Source of the DNA: Iphione sp. A-MEVVRFRX5
Taxonomy: Eukaryota
Assembly (NCBI GenBank): GCA_976226885.1
Contig: OZ320314.1
Coordinates: 35,712,001-35,776,000 of the forward strand
DNA length: 64,000 nucleotides
Direction: 5' to 3'
Shown here: one piece after another, positions 29,101 through 43,171 of the stretch
How the letters are laid out: every line of letters starts with the position of its first letter
Numbering within the stretch: the stretch's first letter is position 1
Notes under the pieces: generated by a model
Databases searched by the model: none
Told to the model about the DNA's origin: nothing
What the model saw: only the letters and a program-made list of their open reading frames with translations
Position numbers and translations under genes: made by a program

Positions 29101-29349
29101 CGTTCAATATGAAGTGCTTTTAATACTAAGGTATTTATGTGTGAAACACAGGCCGTATAGCACCACACAAAATCTTTCCCTCAAAGAACCGAAAAAAAAT
29201 AACTTCATACTGGCTTTTTTCTTTGTATTACGCCCAAGGTATTGATTTTTAACTTCAGCGTTGTACGCAACTGCGGAACGGCAAGTCCCCTGATGACGCT
29301 ACCGGTTCATTGACCTAGTTAAGGGCGTCCATATTTTGAACCTGTGGCT

Positions 29350-29575
29350 CCAGATCCAACATCAAACTTGAAACAGAAGGGAGCTGTAATCAAGCCTTCC
29401 CGCCAGCATCTTCGCCCGGAATTTCCCACACACCGAAGGGAAAGACCGTGCAATGCATCCTAACTTGATCATATCCTGCCAGATAACCCCTACGCGAGGA
29501 CGGGACCAGTCTTGTTTGATAGTAGCGATGATCTTGTACGACAGGCATTATACGTACAGCATCTATCTTTAACAA
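29350..29575 (-). mobile_element. decayed Ty3/gypsy reverse-transcriptase fragment
   Basis: Minus-strand motifs in canonical order: KIDA..MP..QD ~ (KDAYPMPRIDD); AGYDQVRMH ~ (SGYHQVRMH); TVFPFGVWE ~ (TAF.TPFGLYE); after a frameshift GLITAP ~ (GLTNAP), then SSLM.D ~ (QSLMND). Truncated before YxDD. Confidence 0.5.
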
Positions 29576-32500
29576 CGTGCGGATGAGGCTGATTCCCTTG
29601 GGGGGAATTCCGTACGGGCCACCCTGATATCCAACCGACTCATGGGACGGTAGGATAGAGCAATAAAACAGCGTTCCTCACTCTGGCAACCCTGAGTATT
29701 CACCGAGCTTAGCCCAGCCTCTTTCACTTGCTAAAAGTGCGCTTTCAGCAAATCTATGAATGCTTCGAACCATAACGAAAAGCATAATGAAATGTTTACA
29801 CCCGCGAATAAAGGTCAAAGCGGCTGCGGATTTCGCTTGAATTCCAAATGGTTTAACTGGTTTTGAAGGAGTAACTTTTCAGCAATTCAATTAGAATTCA
29901 GATTAAATTGAACGGGGTTTTGAAAACAAACCACCGAGCTTCTTATCCAGAAAGAACGTTTGAAATTGCATCGATTTTCCTGACAAATTAGCTTTCGTCG
30001 ACTTCGATCCTCATTCAATATCACCCTCATGGTATTGATTACAATAGCCTTTGCTTTTACAAAACGAGATAAAATATTAGACTGGTAATCTTCTCGCATT
30101 GGAACATTCAAGCCCTCTGATGACTGATATTCGGTCACAGGCTTATAGGGTATTGATTTAAAGTGGGAAAAAGTAGCACACACTAGCAAACGCTCGCAGC
30201 AAGGAGACATCTGAATCGTTCTTCCATTTACACTAGCGATGGATCCCGGAGACTAGCTAATGTAAATGCATAAATCTGGGTCACCAACGATGGTGTTTTT
30301 TTAAATTAAAATTCCAATCTATATACATGATTTCTTGCCTGCGGTTAAAGCACACCGGGCGCCGCGATGAATATATATGTACATCGCTATCCGAATGTAC
30401 TTCATTTCATTTCCTGGAGGACGTTTGTAAAGGGAGTCTTGAACAGAATATGGCATGCTGCTAAGAAATAAGTGGGAAGGCAGCCATAAATTACGTATGA
30501 ATTCATTGTACGATGGAGTTTCATCAGTAAAACTAATCAAACATTTATGCTATCAGTGTATGACATCGGGAAAATTGATGGTATGATATTACAGTGCAAT
30601 GAACTGTAGTCTAGTAGGCAGACGTAATATTTTCTGTTTTATGGGGCGGGCGGGATGGAGCCTGGAACCAGCCCGCACCATTATAAAATTGCCGACACAA
30701 GAGACTTAGCTCATATATCCAATAAAGCGGCTAATCTCTCCTCTGTTTTCCAATTCCGACAGGGGGCAGGATGCCGCGCAATTTTCGATGTTTAAAAAAT
30801 ATACAAAAGGGGGGGGGCTACTGTTAATTTATGAGCACCTCTCGCATACAGGATGTTATCTGCTCTTTGAAGCGGAGGTAGGCTGTTGGGCATCAAATGC
30901 TGTGGTATGCCATTGTTTCTAAACACGCTGCTAATCTCATAATCGGCGATAATTTAGCACTGATGATCCGAGTATTGTCTTCCTGATTATTGTCTACCAG
31001 CGACGCGGAGCCGCGCCACTAGCACCTATTCCCTATTGGCTTCAGCAGATCTTACGCTCCGTTGCGTTGCGTTACGTAAGCGGCAGGGCGACAGACGTGC
31101 CGCCCGAGCTTGGCGTGGCGAGCGGCGGCTTGCTGACGGCCTAGCGAGTGCGAGGATATCGAATGGCTTTTGTTGCTCCACCGACGGAGCAGCTCAGGAG
31201 CAGCCCTCGAGCTGGTGATGGCGGTTGGCGCCGGGACCAGCTGTAACATTGATCAGTCGATGGGAGAATCCCCCGCGGACCCCGGATTTTCTGCGGCCTA
31301 CCTCCCGGACCCGTATCCCCACCTCTGGATTACACAAATCGCATTGAACTGCACCCGATCCAGACTTGATCGTAGACTTTATTAACCCTTCAGCCCTCGG
31401 CGTTACATACCCTATAAGCAGTTGCCATTTTTTTTACTGAACTCCATTGATTTAAATGGACACGAAAGAGGACGGTATTTAATTGAAGGCCCTTGACGCA
31501 TCCACTGATCTATGAGGGGTATTTTTCTATTTCCTTCGAGAAGATACCACAGAAAAGAAAGAAAACATTTCACGGAGAGGTTAATTGAGTTTCATGGGAA
31601 TTGTTGGGTTAACTTGATCATAGCGTGATATGGTACGCTTGTGACATGATGCAGGATTCTCTCTGTGGTGCATCAACCCGCTAGCAGGCCTCCTTTGCCA
31701 CATGCACATACTGGCGAAACCTCCACAAGCGTGAATGCACACAAACTTCCGTGAATATCACCGTCGAAGATACAGCAGGAACAAATCAATAGTCCGTAGG
31801 TACAAAGAGTAATACAACAACACCGAAAAGAGTTGCACACAGACCCTGCAATAACATTGCCTAATAACTGTATATTTATGGATGAATAGCATGTTTCACA
31901 TAGTCTAGAACTGCTTGTCAATAGGGAGTTATATATATCCTGACGACCAGCGATCAGGATCGGTTCAAATGGCTAAAAAGTGTGGTTAATGACAATGTAA
32001 GCTCCATGGCAAAACCCATCTGCGTGTCTGTGTTCGTTAATAAGTTCCAAGTGTTTTTTTAAAGGAGACGAGACCGGCATTCTAAGTAACTTTGTGAAAA
32101 CGCAAATTACAGTGAAACCTTTCCTCTAATCACTCAAATAAGGCATAATTGCATAATAAACCGGTCAACAGTGGTTTACGCCGCGCTGCTGGTTAGACGT
32201 GATTTAGTTTCGATAAGGTTTAATCAAGAGCAAATACATGAAAATGAAGAAGAAAATATTTTAGATATTACATTGGTTGAGAACCTTTCGAAAATTTGGC
32301 GTTGAGATTAGCGAGGTATGACACTACAGGTATATATATTTAGCTTTTTTTATCGATCCGTCTGTGACACGAAGGGATTAATATCGGAATCATTAACGTG
32401 TACCATAATGTGAGTTTTACACAAAGTGGCTCATTCGGGGAAATGTGATGCATGATAAAATAAGTTCCCTTATTGCATTGTTCTGCGCGACGGTAAATAG

Positions 32501-33179
32501 CCAATTGGTAAAAACCTCTCATTACAGGTCCGTACCTTTCCCTAGCTACACTTATTTCATCGAATTGCCTCATTGTGATTGTTTACCCACGCCATTAAGT
32601 ATGTCTAAGAGGGGCCCTTTTAATTTTATGTTCCCTTGGGCCACCAGAATAGGCAGCTGAACTGGGGGCACGGACCCAAACGGCCTATCTAGCTTGCTGG
32701 AAGGTCCATGGCGAGGCTATCATTTATTCCCACGGCTGCAGTACATCTATCAGCTGAGCAATATAAAGGGCCCAGCTTCTCCATCAAGTTGAACGCTAGC
32801 GGTCCGAACCCGCGCTCCAATTCTATCCATCAGGCGTAGCAGTTCTCCGGATCCCACCCAACAGGGGCCCAGGCCCCGGCATCCGTTGAGCAGGCCGATA
32901 GGTGCAGGGAGGGCGGTGGGAGGCCTCAGCAAGATTTCCAGATTTGTTCTCATTTTCACGCAGGTCTTTGGAGTTTGGCACTTTAGATGGATCACGCGTC
33001 ACCACTGAGACGGATCGGAAGGACACCAAGAGTCTGTCTAAATATAAACCCCAAACTTGAAATATCCTTCCATTCACAAATAGACAACTCATTTAAATGA
33101 GAACATATAGCTGATATCAGAGATATCCATAAGCAGAGGCAAATGTATATTGTACTGTCTCCTCCCTCTCATGGCCTTG

Positions 33180-33880
33180 TCATCTTAGTCTGGGTGTCCA
33201 TGTACATGTGTTGGCCTGTCTGTGCATATGAGAATGTGTAAGGGTGTGTTTTTTTTAATCCAATAACCACTGTATACATGCCATGGCACGTTTTCCATGT
33301 TTAAATGCCTGTTATAATGATTATGCCTAAAATATATGTGTAAAAATATGTGTGTCTTTCATGGAAGAATGGGACAGTTCCCATTTTCGAAACATGGCCA
33401 TGCACAGCCATGAACAGACATGCATGCATGGGTATGCCCATCATGTTAATCATAGTTCCAAAACAATATGCTTTGAAACATGCATGGACAGACATGCCTA
33501 TATGTGTACATGGACATCTAGTCTAAGGCATGTGTGTTAGCATGGGCATGCATATGAGAGCATGTCAGCGTGTATTTCTGCTAATCTGCTAATCACTGTA
33601 TACATGATGTCGTGCATGAATTCACTGTGATTTCCTGTTTACATGCCTGTAATAATGGGTCTGTCCTAAAAAAAACATGCCACAAACATGCTCCAAACAT
33701 GTGTCACTTTCACAGAGGAATGGGATTTTCCATTTTTGAAACATGGCCATGCACAGACACACACAGCTATGCATGGAAACATGTGCCTGGGTATACTCAT
33801 CATGTTAAAATTCCCCAAAGATGTGCAGGGAAACACACATGGACAGCCACAGAGACATGCATGCATGGAAACCCTGCCTT
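33180..33880. repeat. diverged two-unit tandem duplication (~330-350 bp period), CATG-dense
   Basis: Anchors CACTGTATACATG at 33268/33594 and GAAACATGGCCATGCACAG at 33389/33738. About 37 CATG counted by eye in ~700 bp versus ~3 expected. Very few CpG. Confidence 0.8.
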
Positions 33881-36479
33881 AGGTATTGGTTCCATGGAGG
33901 GGTTCAACTGAAGATTAGGAGTTTACTTCTAAGTCTAGTCGAAGGACATATGTCGTATATAGGGTGTTTGGTTAAGGATATGTCTCCCTTGTTCACTCGC
34001 AGACCAATTCAAGGCCGAAAACTGTTTTGTAGATGTCAAATTGAGATGCGTCCGCCGGCGCCACGCCGCCACCTAATGCATTTAGGCTATTAGCAACAGG
34101 GCAGCAGCTGCAAAGGAGGTGGAAGCTGGCGTCCGCATGACAGTCAACAGGCCTTGCCTGTAGAACTAGACGCCCTGGAGGTGTCCAACAAACACCGGCC
34201 CGATGTCACGTGGCCTGCCCTGCCGGCGAGGGCTGACTTATCCCTGACCCCCATCACCTCACGCGACACAAACATCCGTGCCTGGGCCAAGCCTGGGAAG
34301 ACAGGTGAACTTCTATTCTTTGCCCATCTGACCGGGAAATATGGGCGCCTAGTCTAGGCGTGACTTGGTGAGAAGACACCGTGAAGCCATGGGACATCCA
34401 AATTAGCAATTCTGCCAAAAGACAGAAGCGATACAGACCATTTCCTAATATGGCTAAAATAAGATGCAAATTGATGGTAACCATAGGCAATAAGCAAAGA
34501 AAAATATATCTTTGATATTATGGTGAACCATGCATCTAAAAGGACACAGATCGTACTTCCTATCACAATTCCATAGATATGTATATTATCGTTGCCATTG
34601 TACCATAGTATCATTTGACTATTTTTACGAAGACTTTCTTTATGCAGCCTTATATTCTATTAACTGTATGACTTCTTCTTTCGACTGGTGATCTGCAAGT
34701 CTCGCTGAACAAATTTCATGAGTAAGCTGCCCCTCCGTCCATCATTATGGCACCGTGGCCCCAGAGCCATTCATTCAATCTCTGGACATATTGAGCGCTG
34801 GTCCTGCTCCAATGGACTTTCCAAAAGGGGGCAAGGGTGCGGAGTGGGTGGGTGGGTATAGGGTGGCACACCCAACCGAAGAGGGGTGGTGGGCAAGCTG
34901 GCTGGGACAGTGTCCATAGGAGGATTAAATTTTCATGATCGACAGTGTGTTGGACGTAGACGGCTCGGGTAGATCTGTTATTTGATTTAAGTCCATCCCC
35001 TCAACACCCGACCACGGTCCATCCTCCCGCGAGGCTGGTGGCCTGCTCGAGCCGGCGACCCCAGACCTCCTTGTGGCCGGCCGCCATAACGAATGTGCTC
35101 CCCGAAGTTGGCAGAATTTATCTTCTCGAGTGCCTCTCTTGGATCGCGACCGCTAGCCCGATCCTGGCAGAGATCCAGACGCCGTTGGTCAGGTCCAGCC
35201 CTAGGCAGGTAATTAGGTTTGGTTTAAGCCAGTGTACGCCGACCATTTGCCTATGTCTTCCTAGTCATTTCGGTGGTCAACACGGGGAAACCAACGGTCA
35301 ATGACCCCCACTGCAGGCGTTAAAAATCCCGGCGTATATTTACGTTATGGAGAGGTGTTATTTTGCCATGATTCTGGGTGCGAGTAAGTGAGCGATGCTT
35401 ACCAAACAAACAATACAAAAGCTTGTATTATATGGTATGGTATATGTACTCGAGACAAATTTTACAGGTTAACGTTTTGTATACATGCAGATATAAATAC
35501 ATTAAAATATACATATATGTATATTTCCTTTCCGTGACGAAGTCATACGTAGTTCCTAATTTGCTTTCCACTGGTTCTGTGTGTTTCATTGATGACTGAA
35601 GTACTGTATCACCGTTTCTTTTGATTTTTTCTAAGTTGGCGATAACAAAAAACTTCTTTCCATGAGGCGCATATGTTAGGCAATTCAGAAAGCATCACAG
35701 AATGTAAAATAGTGTGAAGAAAGTGGGATGGACTATGAGGCTTGAGAACATGCGTCAGAGAAGGCAGCGGTGGCGTAAGCTCTGCAGGCGAGGCTGTGCT
35801 GTGGAAATAGGAAGCGAAGGCGGAAGAGAAGGCGCTTTGTAACGCATCATCCCACCAGATGCCCGCTTTCTCAGGTTGACGACGACACTTGTTTGTAAGA
35901 AGTAAGCATGTATGTCTGACGAGATGTTCACACAGAGAAAAGAGGAACCTGTCAATGAGGGGGGGGGGCGAAGGAGGTGGTTGGCTTGGTGGGTGTTTCG
36001 ATGGGCTGGCGGGTTGGGGGGGGGAAGCATCTTAAGATAGGTTCACCCGTATCTAAGCTAGTTCCAATTCCATGTACATGTACTAATGACAAAGTAAAAG
36101 TAAGGGAGCATTACAGCGCCTGGTATAACTTAGGGGGCCCTACTGCCTCACTTATCCCCCCAGCTCCCGGGTGTCTTTGTCGCAGAGTGGCCAGCAACAC
36201 AAAACCCGCTCCTTATTATATTCATATCCACGTAATGGATGGTAACTTGCATCTCTATTACGGTCACGTTACGCCTATAGAGCTAGGTGCTTATCATAAG
36301 CAGATTCGGTGTATTTCTTATCGATTCGGCAGCTTGAACAACCGAGGGCTTCATCTCCCTATAAAGGAGTTGCTCTCTGTAACACATTTTGAGCAGTTGG
36401 GCTGAACTGTGTTCACTGTATGGGGCCTAGGCGCCTGATGAAAGTATCCTCTCGCTTGGAAGGATCCAATCTTGGTAAT

Positions 36480-36803
36480 TCGTGGGTGCACTCGGCAAGA
36501 GATAATCAGCTATCATCACGCCGGAAACCCCTGCCTCCTCTTCCGCCGGCGCCGCCCTCTGTCGCATTGTCACGAGCTGGCGCCGCCCAGACTACCGTCG
36601 GCGGCGAGCAGTGATTGTCATTCAGCATTCTCCAGGTCACGACGGAGGGCTCTGCTCCTTTTGCCCTACAGAACGGCTGCCGGGCGGGTAGAGCGCCCAT
36701 AGGCCAGCGGCGAGGGCCAGCGGGGATACCGGCAGGCAGACGAGGGGCCCATACAGACGGGTGGGCCGTCGGCAAGATGGCTAAGCTTGTGGAGTCGGTG
36801 AGG
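36480..36803 (+). promoter_or_regulatory. CpG-rich patch ending in candidate first coding exon (MAKLVES|GTGAGG)
   Basis: GC-rich 36480-36780. CAAGATGGC (YY1-like, overlapping ATG at 36777), 7 codons, then GTGAGG donor at 36798 (phase 0). No confirmed partner exon. Confidence 0.3.
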
Positions 36804-38766
36804 CGGCAAGGCGTCTTTATCGGTTCGCCGTGAAAGAGGCTCAGAAGACCCGACCAAAGAAGGTGTCCAACTCATCATACTTAACGACTGACGGCGTACC
36901 CTGCATTGTTCCCTGACCGCTGCATCCAGCGAGATAAAGAACCGGATAAGAGTGTGGCGCTACAGTCACAATAGTACATTATGTATCGACCTATTTGAAA
37001 ACCAATCTCTTTGTAGTGTTCATTCGAGAAAGAAACCAGTCATCAGGTGAAGATAACATGCTACATTCAGTGCTTGATGCCTACAGAATTTCGAAGAAAA
37101 TCCAACTCTTATCGCTATTTGAGCCACGACCATGCTGGTACTTGCAGTGGCTGCTTGGAGCGTGGCGGTGGAAATCTGCGGCGTTACATTTTCTTGATGG
37201 GGAAGATCAATGTGCTGATGGCCTCTCTTGTTCTGCAGCCGAATGGAATGGTGGTAACGTCCCGCTCGGCCCGCCCACCGTTCCAGGCCAGGCTTCATGC
37301 CGCCTATACTAGCTACCACGGCACGCGGATTAATGCACTTCTCATGTGGCCAAACCAGCAGCCGACGACGAGGCCCGGCGCTGGGGCACCGGGCTTAACC
37401 CTGCTTTGGGCACAGCTCTGCTTCTGTTCGCAACTCTCCCACAACCCACTTTATTGTGGTATTTTCCCCGCCTTAAACACTTGTCGAACCGCCGACGCGG
37501 ACATTATCATATGCAATAGAGAGAGTGTGAGTGAGTTCGTCTCAAAAAAAAGGGGATTACGCAGATCAATGAGGAAGGTTTGACTTCAAAAATTCAGTTT
37601 ACGGGACAGGCGTAGCGCTCATAATAACCCTGTTAATTAGAAGTCGGTGGAGGCGTGGATAATCGAAGATGGTCTCCATCAGAGCTAGATCTGAAAACAA
37701 TGTAATGATAGATATTTAGCATGGCACGGCGGCGCTCTAGTAGGCCCTGATTGAAGACTTATTGCTGCAGGTATTACGATCCCCCCCAAAAAAAATTATA
37801 ATTTGACTGATTAAACAGATATTTGTAGCAATCAGCCCATTCATGTGGTGCCCGGCCGCTGGGCAGTCTGATTAGCACGTCTGACTCCGTGTGCAGGAAG
37901 GGTTAACGCGTGACACCCGTTACACTGTTAGCAATGGTACAGTTGCAGGCCCAGTCGCAGGAGAGTGCTAGGATCCTCCAGCAACCCGCCCGGAGGAGGG
38001 CTGGACTGAGGGGGTTGATCCCATCTCAGGGCAGCCAGCACTACATGATTGCCCTTTTAACTTGATGAGATTACAATAACGTGATTCCGGGCTTATTCTC
38101 TAATGTAATGTTTACTGCTTCCTGCTCGGAAAGGAGGGGGATTAACCCTTCAGTTCTAACCATTGCTCAATGTAGTCACTTTTCATCGTGTTTATATGAT
38201 CATATTAGCATTCTCGATTGCCCTATATACACGTACCAATCAATAGGCCCTTTTTAAAATATTAAATCGTGAAGTGTTAATTTCTTTTTCGTGGTAGAAA
38301 CCCCCACAAGATGTGAATTGTGCACAGCATTTCTCGGACGTCAGGGTTAACCCATGTTTTTCACCGGGAACACGTATTCAGATTTGTTCGTATGGGAAAT
38401 TATAGTCTCACTTCCTGTGTTTTGTATCTACATCAATTATTTCCCGCCATCTTGTAGCCTCCCACAACACTTACAACGGTGCACATTCGGTCAGTTCACA
38501 AAGACATATTGTACACTTTTTTTCGGATATAAAACACCTCGCCCATTAATGTAACTACTCTTTCCCTCAGCCATTGAAGGTTAGTGAACCAAAACGTCAC
38601 ATCATACATCAAGGGTCTTTCATAGAAACTCATGAAAATGTTTACTGTGAAATGCTTTTGTCCAAAAATGGGCTGACAGAGATATTGTTATGATTCATCA
38701 ACGGAAGGGAATGAATTACAGAATTAAAAGCTGAACCTTCCCAACAGAATTTTCCCTCTCCTGCAG

Positions 38767-38872
38767 CCCACCAGTGCTACAGGGGTTAAAAGACCATCGA
38801 CAATCCTCATTTAGTCAGAGGGTCAAGCTACTCGAAGCGTGGCCCTAATTTTGCGCCAACCAATCCAGCCGG
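38767..38872 (+). other. exon-like unit, closed in all three frames (non-coding or cryptic)
   Basis: Acceptor TTTTCCCTCTCCTGCAG ends at 38766 and donor GG|GTGAGT starts at 38873. All three frames contain stops. Confidence 0.25.
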
Positions 38873-40363
38873 GTGAGTACTATCGGTTAAGCTTTGTTCA
38901 AGCCCATGTCAAAAGAAACACGATGGGGGGAAACGTACTAGACAATCGATCACTGTGTCTGCTGTAGGTCGCCGAGGCTCAAAAGAAATTACCTTTTTGT
39001 CCCCGCAAAGTACACATCTTGGAACAACAGTAGATACACTACTGTTCACGAATGAACTCACAGATGACACCCGCTAGAGGGGATAGGGCTGAAATTGTGA
39101 AACAAGAATTGATCGGCCTGTTGACAGGTGCAGTGTTCCTCTTTTTATTTCTTTCCTTTTTCTTCATTTTAGGAGTCGCCTAGAAGACTCAGGTGAGAAC
39201 TGCACCTGATCCATCCAATGAGTTTCACTAGAGGCTTGGTATGCTGGGTGCTACAAGTATACCTCAAAAAAAGAAAAGACAACAGGGGCATTGCAGTATA
39301 ACGAACTTGGGACGATCAATTCATGCAAGACTTCAACTGTCTCGCTCATCATCTTATATTACTCAAACAGACAGTAATATATATGTGGACACTTTCGACG
39401 GTATGTACGTGTACGTCACATAGTCAATCGGCAAGGAGTGAACACTTCAAAGAGTTCAAAACGATCTTTCTCCCAGCGTAAAATACATGTACACACCTCA
39501 GCTTCGTTAGTAAAAAAATGCAAAAGTTTCCGATCGCTTTTTTATACGCCCCTTGAAGTTCATTCTTGGAGCGAAAAAAAGCTTGTTTGGATACTAAGTG
39601 CGAGCACCTTGCATATATACATAAGTCATACCCCTTGTCAAATGACCGAAACTAAGTACATGCACGCAGGCCATTCCCATACTGGACCGCTAGCAATGGA
39701 GATTGGTGGACCAGCGTCAATGATTGTAAAGCCTTGGCCGAAGAGCTAATCGGAGACAGGTGCTGAGGTACACCAGGTGGCGGCCCTGTCGACCTCCATT
39801 TATTCATTTTATCATAACAACTGCTGACTGCTGCTCCCATTTGTACGCAGCACCCGAGATATGCTTGGTTTCTTTTGCATCCGGACACTTTATTTGGCTC
39901 CATTATATATGCTCCAATAGTCCCAAGATGCTGGGTTGACACTAATTGAGGCTCCAATATTGTGGAGGCTCCACCTGCTGCCTCTAGACAAAGTGTTTTG
40001 TAGACTTCTAATAAGCTTAATTATTTAAAGCACTCGTCAGGTTTCTAGAAACTCCGCTCGTCAAATCCGATTAATCCTCGAGTAAAATCGTTGCCGGTTG
40101 TCTCCCTTTCATCATCGGCGCTGTCAGCATTTAAATGAAGTCAGGTTAGGAGTATGGCATCCTCGCCTTTTACTGGGCTAACTACTAACTAATTGAAAGT
40201 TTTTTTGTGATACTAGTACACGTACGGTGTATAAGCTCTTTCAAAGGGAAAGCTAGTAAATTCCATGCTTATCCTTCCGGGTAGTCGTCTAGCACGTCTT
40301 GTACACCGTACTCGTTATCAATGCGATGATATGACAAGTACCTTTAAGCAGGCCCATAAATGA

Positions 40364-40403
40364 GGGGTAGGGGTGGGGTGAGGTGGGAGGTGGGGGTCTG
40401 GGG
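40364..40403 (+). repeat. strong G-quadruplex motif
   Basis: GGGGTAGGGGTGGGGTGAGGTGGGAGGTGGGGGTCTGGGG: six runs of at least 3 G with short loops. Confidence 0.7.
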
Positions 40404-43171
40404 CTCCTTCGGACCCCCAAAGCAGCAAAGTTCCACCTAGGAGATAGTAACTTTTGGTTTACGATATAAGTTGGGTATGATTTATGCTTCATATCACACT
40501 CGATGTCCCAGCCTGTTAATATAGAAGAAATGCTCGAATAGCGGCAAAATATCTTTTAAAGATAACTTCTAGTTACTGGAGACTCCCATTCATACCGAAA
40601 ATGCTCCCCCCTCGTAGATTCAGCTTAAGCCTCTTAAGGAATAATATTTAGGGTTATCCATCTAACGAATATTTCTAAATAATTTGGCTGAGTCATCTCC
40701 AGGTCAGTATAATTTAGGGTACATTCACATCAACCAATCATCAGGCAGCAGTGTTCAATCAATTTGCTGTCAGAGGACAAACCACGAATCCTGTTGCATT
40801 ACGGGAGTTATTTGTTACCTCGTGCAGAATTCGAGATTAGTGGCATGACAACTGGCGGGCTTGGAATTCTTCCCAGTATACCACTGTCTTCCCCAGAGAC
40901 CCCTGCTCTAACCTCCAATATAGCAAGTCAATAGAGGAATGAATAGAGAGGATCAGTTGACTGGCCAACAATCCAATGGGAGACGGGTATATTTCCAGAC
41001 TGCATAGAAGCAATTCCATATGAGTCGATTAGTAGGCATATGTGTGCAGATTGGCAAATGGTTGCAAGACCACCATGCAGTTCATATAAAATGGGCACTG
41101 ACTTGGTACATGGTGGTATTCGTGTGTGTTCATATACATGTATACATTTTAATTGATTCTGCAAGACTCTGTCAATGGATATTCGCTGAGAATGCACCCA
41201 TGAATTGCGTTTTACCTGAGTGTTCTTATCATCCTGTCCTTAGGCTGAGACAGAAGTGAGAAAGCAAACCATTGAACTAACTAATTGCTCGACAACGTCA
41301 GAAATTGTCGAAATGAAGGCCGTTTAACAGCAGGAGAATAATTATGGGCTGTCCGGTTCTATTATTCTTCCTCATGCTTCGTTCATCATTGGATGATCAG
41401 GATTATAATCACCTGAAGTGGTGCATACCATTTTCATTCTCGAAGCACAGATTAATAAATTCGATGTTCAAGTGTTATTTCCATTACTCTAGTATAACCA
41501 GAGCAATCAGACTGGCCTAACTAAATATAAGTACATAGCACAAAAATGGGTTTGTTTTAAAGCACATACATAAAGTGAAAATGCTATTACCATACTTGTG
41601 TATTCAATAGCGAACGTAATGAAGTCACGGCTTCCCATAATCGAAAATTGGTTGCGCAAGAGAGACACGTACCGTCGAAAGCTTGCTTGGTTATTAATAT
41701 AGCTTTTCTTAATCTACCGTTTCAAATGACGAAGACCTCCAACCCATAATTTACAAGGAAAGTTCACACGTAAATTGCAGCATGACAAGAACGCTTCGAA
41801 TATTCTGTTACAACAATTTAAAAAAAAGTTATCTAACGCCCATTAATTGTAAAATACATGTGTATAAGCGAGGCACGCTCCTTAGAAATAAGGATGTATT
41901 TGTCTTAGCAAATCTTGTATTGATAGTTCAGCCTGAAGCAGAACTTCCGTATATTTTGTGGATAATTTGCCCTTAGCTCTGGTTGTTACGGAGTGACAAC
42001 AAAGGCCGTCGACCCTTGTACACCACTGCGAGATATCCTTATTACAAGGATACATACTGGAAGTCGTTCGAGGGCGGGAATGCCACATGGTTTATCTCCT
42101 GTGCTCCAGATGTTGCCACGTCCCAGGCTGATAGGGGAGCTAAAGGCGCTGGAGAAATGATTGGAATCCCTGGTCTTTGTGATTGCCTCGCCCCCTGTTT
42201 GTTCTTTCGGTACCTTGTGTTTATCAAGGCCTCTGTATAATATCGCCTTCGCCGTAAGCCCACATATGGATGTCCCAGCTGGCTGCCGACGCTGTATGAA
42301 TTTCTATTACAGTGTAACAAAAAGCTACCCAGAGCAGAGTGTTTTCACTGCTGCATTTGTACTTGAGCATTATGAAGTGGCCACGGGTCTGGTACCAGAT
42401 GGGCTAGCAGCACACATGGCAGTGCCGACTCGTACACCGTGCATATTTCTGCCACCACAAATGCCATATCGTTTTACTCAGGAACCATAGATCTCCCGCC
42501 AAACTTTCTGCCTTTGTCATTACTTGCTTCATTCGAACTTGTCTTCCAAGTTTCCTCATGCTGTAACCTTATATGGTCGGCTTTCGCCGGTGCTGCCGCC
42601 ACCGGCGCAGTGAGGGCCCCCAAGTGGCCGGGGATCGGTGCGTGGATAAACACCACCTTTGTGCGAGGCTGATGACGGAGGAAGCCAAGACGGTGGATGT
42701 GCAGGTAGTCATTATCGATGGTCATATTTCTAGCCGTTTGCTCGGTCGACGGAGACGGTGGCGGCGGTGTTGCCTAGATGGGGAGGAAGGATGGTATTGA
42801 TTTTAAAATGCATCACCTCAACCGCAACTCGGGTGTGAGGTAAGGAGAGGAAGGTGGGTGGTAGGGGAGGAGGACAGAGAGAAGGAAGGCGGACGAAAAG
42901 GGATTCAGGGGATCGGGATCGGGGTGGTAGTAGGGGTGTCCACAAACAGAAGCAGGGGATCGATATATGGATCGGGAAGAAATGCCTCTATCTTGCCTAC
43001 CGTAGCTATTATTTGAATAGTAGGATGGGTGGCTGTTAGGATTTAAGGATGCAGTTCACTATAGCAACCGGATAACAAGATGAAGATAACCTAGTGGTTG
43101 ACTGCCTTGTTCTCTTTCAATTCGGAGGATAGTCTAGCTGTATAAAAGATGCCATGTAGCTCGTGTACTTA

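Noticed and set aside
31699-31740. HTGE..HK.EC zinc-finger-linker-like fragment
   Set aside because: Single, frameshifted, with no repeated C2H2 units.
37047-37583. 178-aa ORF; likewise 55881-56399 (172 aa) and other GC-patch ORFs
   Set aside because: Stop-poor because of local GC richness, overlapping ORFs in several frames, no recognisable motif.
31383-38790. Solo TTAACCCTT/GGGTTAA ends (31383, ~37900, ~38140, ~38345, ~38785) as further piggyBac-like elements
   Set aside because: Could not pair the ends with matching TIRs.
40940-41110. EAIP...GTD motifs reminiscent of gypsy integrase; similar HPG-type hints at ~8.1 and ~26.6 kb
   Set aside because: Spacing and flanking residues do not fit well. 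Indistinguishable from chance without an HMM search.
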